Source of the DNA: Raillietiella orientalis
Lineage: Eukaryota
NCBI GenBank assembly: GCA_036172245.1
Contig: JAYWIR010000041.1
Span: 1,364,001-1,428,000, forward strand
Direction of reading: 5' to 3'
DNA length: 64,000 nt
The number at the start of each line of letters is the position of its first letter. The first letter of the stretch is position 1. Shown piece by piece: positions 62,609 to 64,000 of this stretch. The translations under genes were made by a program, and so were the position numbers. The notes below the pieces were generated by a model. It made no database searches and was not told where the DNA came from. It worked only from the letters and a program-made list of their open reading frames with translations.

Positions 62609-63790
62609 GTTTGATTATCACCACAGACAGAGACCATTTCCGCTTTCGTGCATGCACAGACAATTTCTGAGCTCTCGCATTCGTATGCGTATTATCAGTA
62701 GTCGATGGAATCGATTCGATTTCAGGCAAGCATAGTGTTCTGTGTGCATATCTACCTGACCGGTGAAGTCACCTTTCTTATTGGTTGCCTATACTTTTTT
62801 GAGTACCACAATAGGTATGCGTTCGAGAAAGTAGAATGGGGGGTGCGCTCCGTGGGATGCTTCTGACTTTCGAGATCCTCCTAGTTTTCAATCTCGTGAT
62901 GAAATTTCGAGATCGTCGGAATGTTTCAAGAAGGGTGCAGCTGCATTGCTAGGCTACGATTGCGATTAGGTACCGGGCGCGGGAAGGGTGAGTCCCGCTT
63001 CATAGGAAGACGTAAGTGAAATTGCGAGCGTCGACTGATTCAGGAAATTATAACACCTGCCAAATTCCCTTATTGCTTCTTAGTCTCCCCTGTCTTTGTC
63101 TTCGGCGCCTGTTTTGATTGCCAACGGTTGGGTGCCGGATATTCGAAAATTGTTCTTGAGCCCTACTTTCCCCCTCTCTATGGTCTCGTAGGCCGCATCC
63201 AAAAATGCTGGGAGCTTTGATGGAAGTTGCCATCACAAAGGAATGCGGAACCAACCACTCTTGTTGTCACGATTGCCATCTGCGGAGCCTTCGCATTCCC
63301 TAAGATTACCAAATCGAGCGATCAGATTTCCATATTGGGTTTATTCACAGCATCCCCTTCGGACCTGAAATCCTTTTTCTCTCCCGCGCCGATGGTACTT
63401 TTGGTTGGAATTTTGGATGTGTGGTGCTTACGTGTGCTAAAGCTTCTTGGATATCGGTTTGGATTCCGACGGCATAGTGGGCCAGTTGAGTTCGGAGAAG
63501 CTTTTGCTTGCTATCTTTAGCCTTACTAATGAGGCTCCACGTAATTTTATCGTCTCTTTTTGTGGGCGTACTATGTGAAAAGAACAGATGCTATCTCCAA
63601 AATTAATGCTATCGATTCTCTCGCGGAATGGTCAGGCGATGCTATCACTGGTCGGTGACCTGGAACCAGCTCTTGGTTCGTCTTCTGAGAAGACGAAGGA
63701 ATGTTCGGCGCATATTGACCGCTTCCCCCCTCCCTTTCCCCCCCCCTTATCCTTGTGGCGAAGAGTGTTAAGGTGACCCTTTGGTTTCAG

Positions 63791-64000
63791 TATGTCTACG
63801 AAAGCGAAGAGGCAGAGCACACGGCGGAAGTGTCGGTCGTTTGGAATAGAAACCACCTCGTGGACAGCAGGAACTTCACCCTTTTCAAATGCGAGCTGTT
63901 TGGCTCTCACGGAAACCGCGCCGACTGCTCCTTGTGCACCGCCAGGGAAGCCAAGTATAACTGCAAGTGGTGCGGCAAGTCTTGCTCCTACAAAGATTCG
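63791..64000 (+). CDS. PlexB: Plexin-B coding exon 7 (cut by window edge): end of TIG 2 and PSI 3
   Basis: tttcag|YVYESEEAEHTAEVSVVWNRNHLVD...LFKCELFGSHGNRADCSLC...YNCKWCGKSC. Open to base 64000. Confidence 0.94.

Noticed and set aside
1..64000. CRISPR array, prokaryotic defence system or autonomous transposon
   Set aside because: No regularly spaced direct repeats, operon-like gene packing, terminal repeats, or RT/transposase motifs were seen. The DNA is a spliced animal locus.

Overview
This is eukaryotic, arthropod-like genomic DNA. I saw no prokaryotic operon, CRISPR array, rRNA, tRNA or recognisable transposon. Right half (+ strand): the 5' part of an intact Plexin-B gene, with seven coding exons from 35320 to the window end joining into 839 codons without a stop (signal peptide, Sema domain, PSI and IPT/TIG repeats). 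It has a probable GC-rich promoter and non-coding first exon near 31.1-31.5 kb and a 12.6-kb GC-AG intron. Left half (about 0.6-30.6 kb): no long ORF, but the + strand repeatedly gives fragments with the spacing of extended Tudor domains (about ten units), broken by stops and frameshifts and interspersed with large ORF-broken exon-like blocks and ~45-nt introns. I read this by eye as a decayed, unprocessed multi-Tudor pseudogene; it needs an HMM search to confirm. The plexin introns contain exon-like segments on the opposite strand (candidate nested genes). A perfect 26-bp hairpin sits at 27639-27696.
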